Assembly: GCF_013177435.1 (NCBI RefSeq)
Contig: NZ_CP053627.1
Coordinates: forward strand, 1,410,001-1,442,000
Direction of reading: 5' to 3'
DNA: 32,000 nucleotides
DNA from: Xylella taiwanensis
GTDB taxonomy: Bacteria > Pseudomonadota > Gammaproteobacteria > Xanthomonadales > Xanthomonadaceae
Positions 7,377 through 16,990 of the stretch are shown here, piece by piece. Numbering within the stretch: position 1 is the stretch's first letter; every line of letters begins with the position of its first letter. The position numbers and the translations under genes were made by a program. Below the pieces are notes generated by a model. It ran no database searches and was not told the DNA's origin. It was given only the letters and a program-made list of their open reading frames with translations.

Positions 7377-8039
7377 TTAGTTGCGGGATAGCTTGGAACG
7401 CTTGGGTAGCTGTGCCTTCAGAAAGGCCATTTGGTCAGTCAAAATATTACGATTTGATAATATAAGGTGTTCAATCCAGCTTGGTCGGTATGGCACCGCC
7501 AGCAACGGCATAGACGCTTGCTGTGGGGTGCGGTTAGCCTTGCGCGAATTGCAGTGAAAGCAGGCGGTGACTACATTTTCCCATATATCTAAGCCGCCTT
7601 TGGAAATCGGCACAACATGGTCCCGAGTCAGCTGCAGTCTGCTGAACTGTTGACCGCAATACAGGCACAGGTGGTCATCACGGGCAAACAGCGCTTGGTT
7701 GGTCAGTGCCGGGGTTGAAACCGGCACGCACGCACGTGCGTGACCGCGTGAAGCAATGATCGGATGCAACGCAATCACGCTGCGCTCGCCGGTCAAGCGC
7801 GAAATACCACCGTGGATTGACAGGCATGGATCCCCAAGAGTCCAAGACACGGCATCGCGTACGTACAAACAAGCAGCCTCTTGCCAACTGATCCAGTCGA
7901 GTACACGGCCACAAGCGTCTAACGACAGAAAACGTATTGAAACACTACTGGGAGATGGTAAGAAAGAAAAGATGCTTGGGACAGGAACCATATCAAATTC
8001 GGTGTCAATCAGACCGCATATCCGAGCGTCTGTCTCCAT
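7377..8039 (-). CDS. HNH endonuclease family protein with an uncharacterised N-terminal domain (start codon uncertain)
   Basis: CLYCGQQFSRLQLTRDHVVPISKGGLDIWENVVTACFHCNSRKANR shows the CxxC...DH...N...CxxCN HNH/zinc-finger pattern. The N-terminal LDWISWQEAA...IHGG...LTGERS segment resembles a conserved ~190-aa proteobacterial HNH family, from memory. Confidence 0.75.
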   Translation of the reverse strand: METDARICGLIDTEFDMVPVPSIFSFLPSPSSVSIRFLSLDACGRVLDWISWQEAACLYVRDAVSWTLGDPCLSIHGGISRLTGERSVIALHPIIASRGHARACVPVSTPALTNQALFARDDHLCLYCGQQFSRLQLTRDHVVPISKGGLDIWENVVTACFHCNSRKANRTPQQASMPLLAVPYRPSWIEHLILSNRNILTDQMAFLKAQLPKRSKLSRN

Positions 8040-8266
8040 CGGAGAACTAGGTTATACTCGATTAGCGACCGTTTGTGTATCTCTGCTGAGATTTTGTTTA
8101 TTGGAGTTTTTAAATTTCCTTCATGTCATGGTGAGTGAGGATACGGGGAGCTCAGTTACGTTGACTAACGTCGAACGGTCTCGCTTGGCTCAGCACTGCA
8201 ATGATGAACAATTGCAAAATACTTTGGTTAACTTGAAATTTCCCCGCTATCAAACGCTCTAAAACT

Positions 8267-8740
8267 TTAGCGAAGGACGCCAGGCAAACCCGGAGTCATG
8301 TTGAGCATATTGTGCGTGTCAATCTCAAATTCGCGTGGGGTGCTATTGCCTTCCCGCGTCGCCCAGATCTTGCCCTTCAGCCTGTAGGGTAGCGAATGGT
8401 TGCTAGCCAGGGCAGCGGCGACGGCGATCTTCCCAAGCGAGCTTGGTTGCAGCTGAAGGTTGGTGACATCAGCGCTCTCCGGACCAATCGATAAGCTGAT
8501 CATCACGTCTAAAGTACCGGCTACCTGGCCGTCGGTTTCCAGTGACAACATGGCACGTTGAAAGTGCATTGGCACACTGCTGTAATTCTGCAGGCGCAGA
8601 TCTATCGACCAGACGTCTTTTTTCTCTACGCTCAACTGTTGGATGTTGGCAGTTGGCTCGGAAATACGGCGTACCGGCCCACATCCTGTCAGGAGCAGCC
8701 CGAACAGCATACTTACGATCAAATTAATGGTAAAGCGCAT
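8267..8740 (-). CDS. Lipoprotein, LEA type-2 / WHy (water-stress and hypersensitive-response) like
   Basis: Signal peptide plus lipobox MRFTINLIVSMLFGLLLTG|C. The beta-rich body (SIDLRLQNYSSVPMHF...LSLETDGQVAGTL) has the pattern of LEA_2 domain lipoproteins. The family call is from memory. Confidence 0.5.
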   Translation of the reverse strand: MRFTINLIVSMLFGLLLTGCGPVRRISEPTANIQQLSVEKKDVWSIDLRLQNYSSVPMHFQRAMLSLETDGQVAGTLDVMISLSIGPESADVTNLQLQPSSLGKIAVAAALASNHSLPYRLKGKIWATREGNSTPREFEIDTHNMLNMTPGLPGVLR

Positions 8741-9584
8741 CGTATTAATTCCTAGGTAGCAATGATGTTAATTTGATGGATTACTCGGTACGGCTTGCGG
8801 TACCCGGTGCAGGTTGCTTAGCGTTGCAGTTGCTTCCGCTAAAACATCATGCTACGACAAAGATAGGTTCATTGTACTGGGACCTGTTGAGACTAACGTC
8901 TGTCAGTGTCAAAAATTTTTACAAGATTTTAGCTTGGCGCTGGCGCCCATCCTGAACCATTTTCGATTCCAATCAGATCTTTTGGTATCAACAAACAGCT
9001 TAACGCCTGCTTCTTAGTGTCTGTTTATGGATGCAGACTGCAGCATAGTTGGTGCAAGCACAAAGCATGTGCTCCTTTTCAAAGCCACTTGGCAACTGAT
9101 ATTCATGGATAAATTTCAGTACGATAATAATGTGACGGTCCTGGTTACCATGAAAAATAGTAACCAATCAAAAAATATTACTCTTCAGTTTTATGAGCTT
9201 TGAAAATTTCATGGCCCAAGCCATTTTATAGAACACAATCGTGAGCTATTAACACGTACAAACCATCATGGATCAATTCTCTTTCTGAGGTGTATTACCC
9301 ATCAATCATTTCATGATCGATAGGAATCGAAGATATGTTTTCTATAATCGCTATCGCTAAGGATAAAATTTGCAATAGTCACGATACAATCTGGAGTACT
9401 CATACACCTTTTGACTCTTGTTGAGTTAAAGATAACATCGCACAATTTCTATCACGTTATCGTTTAGGGCCAAATTAAATTTTTCTGACATACAATCAAG
9501 AATCCACAAGACTTTTTATGGCCGCACGAAGTACAAGTCTACGGAGTGGTACCATGTCAGTCTGTTCAAGTGCGCATCTGCTCA

Positions 9585-10796
9585 ATGTTAAGCTTTTTAC
9601 GCCGCAAGAAGCCCCCGCCCCCGAACGCCATCAGCGACAACGAGCGGACCCAACATTACGACACTGAAGAACTGGCAGCCGCCTTCCCAAAGGCTCCCAC
9701 ACGGGATGTTGCACCAGACCAAGAGCTAATTAAGATTACCTCACTGCTATCTTCACCTCAGCAGAACCCCCTCACGAGCAACACTTCCTGCACCCTATCC
9801 ACTTCACTTACAGACATAACAGCATCCACCAGGGACGACGGATCAGTGTTGAGCATCCCACCAATTTTGGTGGATAAGCCCAGTTGGCGTGAACGCCTAC
9901 GTGGCAGTCTCTTTGCGCGCAACATCAATGCTTTATTCTCCAGCAACCCCCGTTTAGATGACAATCTTCTTGATGAGATTGAAACTGCACTGATTACGGC
10001 CGATGTAGGCGTGTCTACGACCAACGCTCTGGTCGAAGGTTTGCGTAAGCGTATGAAAGCACGTGAGTTCGCTGATATTCAAACGCTGTCAGCCGCATTA
10101 CGTACCGAATTGATTTCGATACTGCGTCCCGTCTCTAAACCACTGATCATCAAACGCAGTGCACTTCCGTTCGTGCTTCTCATTGTGGGTGTTAATGGTG
10201 TTGGTAAGACTACAACAATCGGCAAGCTTGCGAAGTGGTTCAAGGACGATAGTTACAGCCTTATTTTGGCTGCAGGTGATACCTTCCGTGCTGCTGCGGT
10301 CACGCAGTTACAGACATGGGGTCAGCGTAATGGCATTACCGTGATCGCACAAAAAGGCCCGAATGCCGATGCTGCTTCGGTAATCTATGATGCGCTACAA
10401 GCAGCCAAGGCACGTGGTACCGAGGTGCTCATCGCCGATACCGCAGGCCGCCTGCACACCCAGACTGGTTTGATGAACGAATTGAGCAAGATCTGCCGCG
10501 TACTCGGCAAGCTCGATAACACCGCACCACACGAGGTACTGATGGTGATTGATGGTACCACTGGGCAAAATGCGCTTTCGCAATTGCGTCAATTTCACGC
10601 CGCCGTGAACGTCACTGGTCTTGTAGTCACCAAGCTAGATGGCACTGCAAAGGGGGGCGTGGTATTCACGTTGGCACGCGAATTTGGCATTCCAATTTAC
10701 TTCATCAGCATAGGTGAGCAGCTAGAAGATATGCACGTTTTCGACCCTGAGACATTCGTAGATGCGCTACTGCCAAAAACGTTAGGGAGTGCTTAA
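9585..10796 (+). CDS. ftsY: Signal recognition particle receptor FtsY
   Basis: GVNGVGKTTTIGKLA, AAGDTFRAAA, DTAGRL and TKLDGTAKGG form the SRP GTPase G1-G4/G5 motifs. I prefer the ATG at 9585 (MLSFLRRKKPPPP) over the upstream GTG at 9546 given in the track. Confidence 0.9.
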   Translation: MLSFLRRKKPPPPNAISDNERTQHYDTEELAAAFPKAPTRDVAPDQELIKITSLLSSPQQNPLTSNTSCTLSTSLTDITASTRDDGSVLSIPPILVDKPSWRERLRGSLFARNINALFSSNPRLDDNLLDEIETALITADVGVSTTNALVEGLRKRMKAREFADIQTLSAALRTELISILRPVSKPLIIKRSALPFVLLIVGVNGVGKTTTIGKLAKWFKDDSYSLILAAGDTFRAAAVTQLQTWGQRNGITVIAQKGPNADAASVIYDALQAAKARGTEVLIADTAGRLHTQTGLMNELSKICRVLGKLDNTAPHEVLMVIDGTTGQNALSQLRQFHAAVNVTGLVVTKLDGTAKGGVVFTLAREFGIPIYFISIGEQLEDMHVFDPETFVDALLPKTLGSA

Positions 10797-10851
10797 GGCT
10801 CCCCAATTCTTACCTACGCCAGCTCATACCGTTTTAAGGTAATGCCATCGG

Positions 10852-11937
10852 GTGCATACTCGCTTGCCTACTCCCCGGCCAGCCGACATGCTTGCTCTCT
10901 ACGCCCAACGTTTGCTGACATGGTTCGATCAATATGGACGCCATAATCTGCCTTGGCAACACCCCCGCACCCCTTACCGGGTATGGCTGTCGGAAATCAT
11001 GCTGCAGCAAACCCAGGTCACCGTAGTAATTCCGTACTTTCTACGTTTCGTGGAACGCTTCCCAACTCTGCCCGATTTGGCAGCAGCGGATACTGACACA
11101 GTCATGGCACACTGGGCTGGTCTAGGTTACTACGCCCGCGCGCGTCATCTACATACTACAGCCAAGCGCTGCGTTGAGCTGCACGGCGGTGACTTACCAC
11201 GTGACCAAGACGCTCTGCAAACACTACCCGGTATTGGTCGCAGTACTGCCGCTGCGATCCTGTCTCAAGCATGGAACGACCGTGCTCCGATCCTGGACGG
11301 CAACATCAAGCGTGTACTGGCACGCCTGCACGGCATCGTCGGCTGGCCAGGTCAATTGATGATCGAAAAACAGCTTTGGACACTGGCCGAAGGGTACGTA
11401 CTTCAGGCACCAGCCGGACGTCTGGCCGACTATACCCAAGCACAGATGGATTTTGGTGCTACCGTATGCACCCGATTGCGGCCAGCATGTTTACTATGCC
11501 CATTGCAAGACGATTGCGTGGCCTGGCGTGAGGGCTTGACTGAAACTTTACCCACGCCCAAACCCAGTAAAGTCTTACCCGAGCGTGAAGCCGTTGTGCT
11601 GCTATTGCAGAACGATGATGACGCAATCCTATTACAACGGCGGCCCTCGAATGGAATTTGGGCTGCACTTTGGACTCTGCCACAAGCCGACACCGAGGCA
11701 GAGTTACGTACTTGGTGTACAGACCATACCGATGCAGACTATGACTTGGCCAAAGCTCTGAACCCAATTGTGCATACTTTCAGCCACTACCGTCTTTATC
11801 TGAAGCCACGCTACATGCGTAAAGTTGCCTTGCATCCAGTGTTGGAAAACACAGATGGTTTGTGCTGGGTAACACCGAATAATCTGGCCAAGTTTGGGTT
11901 ACCCGCCCCAATCCGCAAATTGCTCAATGACCTATGA
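10852..11937 (+). CDS. mutY: A/G-specific adenine DNA glycosylase MutY (alternative ATG start at 10888)
   Basis: [35 protein letters not shown], the [12 protein letters not shown] hairpin-helix-hairpin, the Fe-S motif [17 protein letters not shown] and a C-terminal NUDIX-like domain. Confidence 0.9.
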   Translation: MHTRLPTPRPADMLALYAQRLLTWFDQYGRHNLPWQHPRTPYRVWLSEIMLQQTQVTVVIPYFLRFVERFPTLPDLAAADTDTVMAHWAGLGYYARARHLHTTAKRCVELHGGDLPRDQDALQTLPGIGRSTAAAILSQAWNDRAPILDGNIKRVLARLHGIVGWPGQLMIEKQLWTLAEGYVLQAPAGRLADYTQAQMDFGATVCTRLRPACLLCPLQDDCVAWREGLTETLPTPKPSKVLPEREAVVLLLQNDDDAILLQRRPSNGIWAALWTLPQADTEAELRTWCTDHTDADYDLAKALNPIVHTFSHYRLYLKPRYMRKVALHPVLENTDGLCWVTPNNLAKFGLPAPIRKLLNDL

Positions 11938-11971
11938 TTCTTCATTAACAGTTACTGCCACACACTCTCAC

Positions 11972-12244
11972 ATGTCCCGCATCGTCTTCTGCGAATACGA
12001 ACAACGCGATACCGAAGGCTTGGACTTCGTACCTTATCCTGGTGAGCTCGGCCAAAAGATTTTCGCCTGCATTGGCAAGGTTGGCTGGGCTGCTTGGTTG
12101 GCACATCAGACCATGCTAATCAACGAAAACAGGCTATCGCCACGTAATCCCAAGCACCGGGCATTCCTCGAAGAGGAGCTCCATAAATTCTTATTTGAAC
12201 GCAGTGCAGCCAAGCCCGAAGGATACATTGAACCTGACGCTTGA
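11972..12244 (+). CDS. yggX: Fe(2+)-trafficking / oxidative-damage protection protein YggX
   Basis: [31 protein letters not shown]...[14 protein letters not shown]...FLFE is collinear with E. coli YggX. I chose the internal ATG at 11972 rather than the track start, which overlaps mutY. Confidence 0.85.
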   Translation: MSRIVFCEYEQRDTEGLDFVPYPGELGQKIFACIGKVGWAAWLAHQTMLINENRLSPRNPKHRAFLEEELHKFLFERSAAKPEGYIEPDA

Positions 12245-12540
12245 TACCTTAAATACGAATTCCACGTATACAGTGTTTTTAATAACCAGTTTATTAATTT
12301 ATGCATCACATTTTGCATTTAAATTATTTGCATCTGTTTCATCTACGGGGAGTATCAGTGTAGATCCCTCCCTGACGCACTAAATCTAAATTAGATATCT
12401 ATTTCTTCCCGTTGTTGAGACCGGGGTAAGTAGTATATGGATCTGTGCAGGAAATGTTTGCGTGGTAAAGATCATATCTGCTGGTTTATGTAATATTTAT
12501 ATGATAGATTTTCTGTGTCATTTATTCATAGGACGCGCAA

Positions 12541-13020
12541 GTGATAATCTTGTTTTTATTATTCTTCATATTATTAATATTCTTGTTTCTTCTTTTTAAG
12601 AAAAAATCTTCAGGCTCTTCAAAAAAAGACTCTTTATCTTCCACATGGCCTTTTTATCCTAAGCGCGTAATGACTGATCCTGAGCAGGTTTTATATTGGC
12701 GTTTAGTCGAAGCGTTGCCAGATCGTATCGTTTTATGTCAGGTTCAATTATCCAGATTTCTCGGTGTTCGCAGAGGACATCAACGGCATTGGTTTAATCG
12801 TATTAATCAAAAGAGTGCAGATTTTGTTGTGTGTGCCAAGGATTCTTCCGTTTTAGCTGTTATTGAATTGGATGATGCGACACATGTGAGAGAATCCCGT
12901 AGGAAGGCTGATCTTGATAAAAGTAAGGCTGTTGAAAATGCCGGATTGCTGTTAGTTCGATGGAATGTGAATTCTATCCCCTCTGTTCATCAGATTCGTG
13001 ATGCTTTTGAAGTAACTTAG
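12541..13020 (+). CDS. Membrane-anchored DUF2726-like protein (restriction-endonuclease-like / PD-(D/E)XK fold)
   Basis: GTG start with AGGACG upstream. There is an N-terminal TM (IILFLLFFILLIFLFLLF) followed by a KKK/S-rich linker. Then WPFYPKRVMTDPEQVLYWRLVEALP...VLCQV...SADFVVCAKDSSVLAVIELDDATH...RKADLDK...ENAGLLLVRW matches the DUF2726 pattern as I remember it. The gene is strongly AT-rich relative to its neighbours. Confidence 0.6.
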   Translation: MIILFLLFFILLIFLFLLFKKKSSGSSKKDSLSSTWPFYPKRVMTDPEQVLYWRLVEALPDRIVLCQVQLSRFLGVRRGHQRHWFNRINQKSADFVVCAKDSSVLAVIELDDATHVRESRRKADLDKSKAVENAGLLLVRWNVNSIPSVHQIRDAFEVT

Positions 13021-13623
13021 ATTGATAGTGCAGGGTGGCTATCAAAGCCCCCCCTGTGATGAGGCTGTTTTCTGGTGTTGTATCCGCAACTACCTGAATA
13101 TTTGCCACTACCCTTTATTAAACTGATGCTATGAATAAGCATCCATCAAATAGGGCTGCGATTAGAGCTTACTTAGAATAGCTTGGTTAATATGACTTCT
13201 CTAAGCCACCATAAAAGGGGCTGTTAACATGATCGCAAGCCATCCGAATTGGAACCAAGCGAATGCTCGGATCTGGAACAGATGCGGCGATAACCATTGA
13301 TCCTGCGGCACAGGCGTTCGATCTCATTGCAGCTAGGGTCACTCTCGATACGCGTGCACAGCGATGGCACGATGGGAATGAAATTCAAGTCAAGCGTCAG
13401 CGGGCGAGTTTAGTCGCTCGATCCATGAGCACGTGCAACGAGCGATTTGGCGGGCAGAGTTGAGCAATAGCAACTCCTGGCCTTACAGCACATCCTGTGC
13501 TTTTCCAGGTGTTAGAGAGCAAGTAAGCGCGTGCGTCCACTCACCACGAAATTTACCGATAGTTTTTGGGGGTGTACCGCGTACATCTTTAGACTGATGC
13601 TGTCCAGCGACACGCCTTGGAAA

Positions 13624-14260
13624 TTGAAGATTGATCTGCACGACCTGCACTGACTGGAGTGGCTCAAAGGTTCGATTCAGCTTCCAGGTTTCGTCGATCG
13701 ATTCGTGAATACTTGGAATACTTGCAGATGCATCGGACTGACGTTACCTCGGCAGAGTGCTTAGGAAAACTAGTGTTCATTAGGCTGCTGCGATCTTCAC
13801 AAGCATAAGCTTGGACTTGAGACTGACGTCAACGGATCCTACACAATTTTCCTGGGTGCTGTTCTGCTTCACCGATTTAAATCACTGCCACATGCAGAAA
13901 CTGGTGGTCTACTGTCATGAGCGTAGTCTGTCGACACAGCGCCACAAACAGGAGGCGATCGAGCGGATACGCCAGCAATCTGGTTCCAACACAGCGAAAG
14001 CCAGCCCACACTTACGGCGCCGACACACGGGCCTTCTTCGAATGAGTTATCGGACCGCACTTCCATTTCACCATGCACCTGCAGCGATTCCGTCGCGCCA
14101 ACGTACGCCGCTATCTGACCGACGGTAACTAGACGACCGAATGAATCGCCGAGCACGAGCAGCGTATGTGGTTTGGAGCCTGGACAGAAGCACACCCAAG
14201 CATCGGCACAACGACGAGATACTGATTTATGCATCTACCGCAGTGCATGGAGTGGCATGC
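13624..14260 (-). pseudogene. Tentative: heavily decayed lambda-type Ser/Thr protein phosphatase (PrpA/B-like metallophosphoesterase) relic spread over three frames
   Basis: My translation finds degenerate motifs collinear on the minus strand. They are YLVVVPMLGC (for vvGDlHGC, ~14212), LVLGDSFGR (GDxxDRG, 14150), VHGEME (rGNHE, 14075) and VGW (GGxW, ~14015). They continue with FLHVAV (HAD, ~13880), LCRIR (WxRxR, ~13835), FPKHS (FGHT, ~13775) and SIDET...VVQINLQ (IDTG...LxxVQLQ, ~13699-13624). Most spacings are within ~10 aa of lambda-PP. There is no intact frame, start or SD. Confidence 0.3.
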
Positions 14261-14568
14261 ACGAATGGATGATGGATAGGATGCGTCCATGCCGATAGGT
14301 GGCCTTGGTGCTACACCATGCGTTATGAAGGAAGTTGGTGTAGTAGTCCATGTGCAACCCGAGCCAGAAACGATCTTTTCTCCCGAAGAACTTCGACAGA
14401 CGTAATGCCATATCGGTGGTGCCAGTGTGATTGTTGCTGACAATCTGACCAATACACTGCGGCGGCAACGCCGATTGACTTGGTGAGGCAGTATTGGGTA
14501 ATACCAATGTACCCAAGGAACTCCTTGAGCAGGATGTCTCCTAGAGCGGGGTAGGGAACCGTTTGCAT
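14235..14568 (-). pseudogene. higA: higA-type HTH antitoxin, interrupted by a 1-nt frameshift near 14465-14470
   Basis: Frame 1 reads MQTVPYPALGDILLKEFLGYIGITQYCLTKSIGV. The next frame reads PPQCIGQIVSNNHTGTTDMALRLSKFFGRKDRFWLGLHMDYY. Joined, they match the HigA pattern HPGEILxEEFLxPLGxSQxxLAKxIGVPxxRIxEIVxGKRxITxDTALRLxxxFGxSxxFWLxLQxxYD. Confidence 0.6.
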
Positions 14569-14649
14569 AGCAGCCTCTGAGTGATAGTTCACCACTTTGA
14601 GGTTTTCAGGCCCTTCGTCCTGGATTGGTGAAGCTGGCCTTCGATTCAT
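14569..14649 (-). pseudogene. higB: C-terminal remnant of a higB-type toxin, now fused in frame to higA (the stop appears mutated to TCA)
   Basis: PIQDEGPENLKVVNYH resembles the HigB C-terminus (..F.FEDGDAYDVDYxDYH). It lies directly upstream of higA, as in higBA operons. The N-terminal ~70 aa are absent. Confidence 0.4.
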
Positions 14650-14900
14650 TTATGCAACACAGTCCATACAAAAACAGCGATCCAGTCTTTTAGACTTTCA
14701 CTCAAAGCATTTACAGAATAAAGAAATAGTTATGCCATGCTTTTAAAGAAATCTGATGCATTTGAACATTGCACTACTGAAGGTAGTCTTGTGGGAAATT
14801 GTAAAAACAGCACTGTGAGAGGCCGTTGGCAGTTCTTGTGCCTTCTGGATACTCGGGCAGCTATAATCGCACTCCCATTATCAATGCACTCCTGAAGGCC

Positions 14901-15635
14901 ATGGGTAGAGGCCCCTCGATTGAAGCCCGTAAAAATGCTTCTGATGCCAAGCGCGGCAAAATTTTCACTAAGATCATCCGCCAAATTGGTGTCGCTGCTC
15001 GTGCCGGCGGCGGCGATCCATCGAATAATCCAAGTCTGCGTGTGGCGATAGACAAGGGATTGGCGTCAAATATGTCTAAGGACGTGATAGAGCGTGCAAT
15101 AAAGAAGGCTATCGGTGAGTTGGAAGATGTCCAATACGAGGAAGTGCGTTACGAGGGTTATGCTCCCGGTGGAGTTGCAGTCATTGTTGACTGTCTGACT
15201 GACAACCGTGTGCGTACTGTGGCCGATGTGCGCCATGCTTTCTCCAAATGCGGCGGCAATATGGGGACTGAAGGCTCGGTCGCGTTTATGTTCAAGCGCT
15301 TGGGCGTGCTCAGCTACGCTTGCGCTACTGCCGATGAAGAGCGTATCACCGAGGCAGCCATTGATGCTGGTGCTGAAGATGTCATGGTTTACACAGAAGA
15401 CGGTGGAATTGAAGTAATGACAACCCCAGAAGCTTTCTCTCATGTCAAGGAAGGGATGGCTGCGGCGAGTTTGATACCGGACCATGCTGAGATTACTTTC
15501 CGCGCCGATAGCGACATTGTGGTGGATGGTGATACTGCGTTACAGGTACGTAAGCTCCTGGACATGTTGGAAGACTTGGATGATGTTCAGGACGTGTATT
15601 CCAACGTTGATCAGGTTGCGTTAGACAAGGTCTGA
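14901..15635 (+). CDS. yebC: YebC/PmpR-family transcriptional regulator or translation factor
   Basis: [70 protein letters not shown] is a canonical YebC N-terminus. I chose the ATG at 14901 rather than the track start. Confidence 0.9.
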   Translation: MGRGPSIEARKNASDAKRGKIFTKIIRQIGVAARAGGGDPSNNPSLRVAIDKGLASNMSKDVIERAIKKAIGELEDVQYEEVRYEGYAPGGVAVIVDCLTDNRVRTVADVRHAFSKCGGNMGTEGSVAFMFKRLGVLSYACATADEERITEAAIDAGAEDVMVYTEDGGIEVMTTPEAFSHVKEGMAAASLIPDHAEITFRADSDIVVDGDTALQVRKLLDMLEDLDDVQDVYSNVDQVALDKV

Positions 15636-15739
15636 GATGAACACGTACCAACGTTAATTAACCAGGATACGCTCCATCTTATGAATTGCGCTTCCACCAT
15701 TCACCACTGCATCTTATCTCTTCCAATATCTCTTATCTG

Positions 15740-16261
15740 ATGACGCGTATCCTCGGTATTGATCCTGGATCACAACGCACTGGAATTGGTGTCATCGACG
15801 TCGATAACGACGGAAGCAGCCACCATATCTACCATGCACCACTGGTACTGCTAGGTCAGAGCAGTTTCGCCGAACGGCTTAAGCAGTTGCTGTTGGGTCT
15901 GAACGCGGTGATCGAGGAGTACAGTCCAAAGGAAGTGGCAATTGAGCAGGTGTTTATGTCTAAGAATGCCGACTCGGCACTTAAGCTTGGTCAGGCGCGT
16001 GGTGCTGCAATCAGTGCAGTAGTGCTGCACAATTTACCTGTTCATGAGTACGCGGTTAGGGAAATTAAATTAGCCGTAGTTGGGCGCGGTGGTGCCGACA
16101 AGCAGCAGATCCAGCATATGGTTGGTGTCATGCTGAATCTGCAAGGTAGGTTACAGTCTGATGCCGCAGATGCGTTAGCAGTGGCCATCACGCATGCTCA
16201 TGTGCGCGCCAGTGCACAGCGCTTGGGTGTCAACACGAAGCAGGCGTGGAGCCGGAAATGA
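15740..16261 (+). CDS. ruvC: Holliday junction resolvase RuvC
   Basis: [42 protein letters not shown] and [14 protein letters not shown]. The start is at the internal ATG at 15740. Confidence 0.9.
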   Translation: MTRILGIDPGSQRTGIGVIDVDNDGSSHHIYHAPLVLLGQSSFAERLKQLLLGLNAVIEEYSPKEVAIEQVFMSKNADSALKLGQARGAAISAVVLHNLPVHEYAVREIKLAVVGRGGADKQQIQHMVGVMLNLQGRLQSDAADALAVAITHAHVRASAQRLGVNTKQAWSRK

Positions 16262-16349
16262 TTGAACGCCAACGTCAGTGTGTGATCTTGAACTTCAGTA
16301 GAGCGGTAACCTGCGATCAGCATACGGCTTTCCGTAAAGAGCATTACGT

Positions 16350-16934
16350 ATGATTGGTCGCCTGCGAGGAGTCTTGGCTAGCAAAACGCCACCTTGGCTT
16401 GTGGTTGATGTGTGTGGAGTTGGCTACGAACTAGAGGCACCGATGAGTACCTTTTGCGACCTTCCGGATGTCGGTTACGAAGTCATTTTGTTTACTCACT
16501 ATACGCAAAAGGAAGAGACTGCCGCGTTGTATGGCTTTCTGCATGAAAGTGAGCGGCGATTGTTCCGCAACCTGCAGCGGGTCAGTGGCATCGGTGCCAA
16601 GATCGCTTTGGCGGTCCTATCCAGTGTCAGCGTGGATGCATTTGCACGATTGATTCAGGCTGGCGACATAGCCGCGCTAACAGTGATCCCTGGGATTGGC
16701 AAGAAAACCGCCGAACGCATGCTAGTGGAGTTGCGTGATCGTGCCACGGACTTCAGCAGTAGCACCTCTGGTTCAGGCCAACTCCCTCCCGATGTTGTTT
16801 CTGAAGCTGCCTTGGCCTTGCAGCAATTGGGGTATAAGCCGGCTGAGGCTGTACGTATGGCACGCGATGCCAGTACTGAGAGCGGCGATGTCGCTAGTGT
16901 GATCAAGAAAGCGTTGCAAGCCGCGTTACGCTGA
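16350..16934 (+). CDS. ruvA: Holliday junction branch migration complex subunit RuvA
   Basis: MIGRLRGVL...[32 protein letters not shown] and [18 protein letters not shown] (HhH motifs). Confidence 0.9.
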   Translation: MIGRLRGVLASKTPPWLVVDVCGVGYELEAPMSTFCDLPDVGYEVILFTHYTQKEETAALYGFLHESERRLFRNLQRVSGIGAKIALAVLSSVSVDAFARLIQAGDIAALTVIPGIGKKTAERMLVELRDRATDFSSSTSGSGQLPPDVVSEAALALQQLGYKPAEAVRMARDASTESGDVASVIKKALQAALR

Positions 16935-16990
16935 TCCTGGTTTATTTCCTACATTTCCACGCCCCTACGCATTATTTGACTTAATTACTT

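Noticed and set aside
7756-8262. A 168-aa plus-strand ORF, along with other long antisense ORFs in the track (for example 4033-4329, 11459-11767, 19966-20334, 21584-21952, 22125-22397).
   Set aside because: Each lies antisense to or out of frame within a well-supported conserved gene and has no recognisable motifs. These are typical shadow ORFs.
13021-13623. ORF 13263-13463 (+) and an open minus-strand stretch (...GKFRGEWTHALTCSLTPGKAQDVL) between the DUF2726 gene and the phosphatase relic.
   Set aside because: I could not match either to any family. They have no starts or SDs and are probably further decay debris, so I left them unannotated.
13668-13690. ggttcgattc resembles a tRNA T-loop, which raised the possibility of a tRNA integration target for the island.
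   Set aside because: The flanks do not pair as a T-stem and no acceptor or anticodon arms can be drawn. I found no tRNA anywhere in the window.
14826-14900. N-terminal extensions in the ORF track for yebC, ruvC (15686), ruvB (18989), tolB (23211), yggX (11894), ftsY (9546) and queE (26008).
   Set aside because: The conserved family N-termini begin at internal ATGs. The upstream codons are non-ATG starts, overlap the preceding gene, or add non-conserved sequence.
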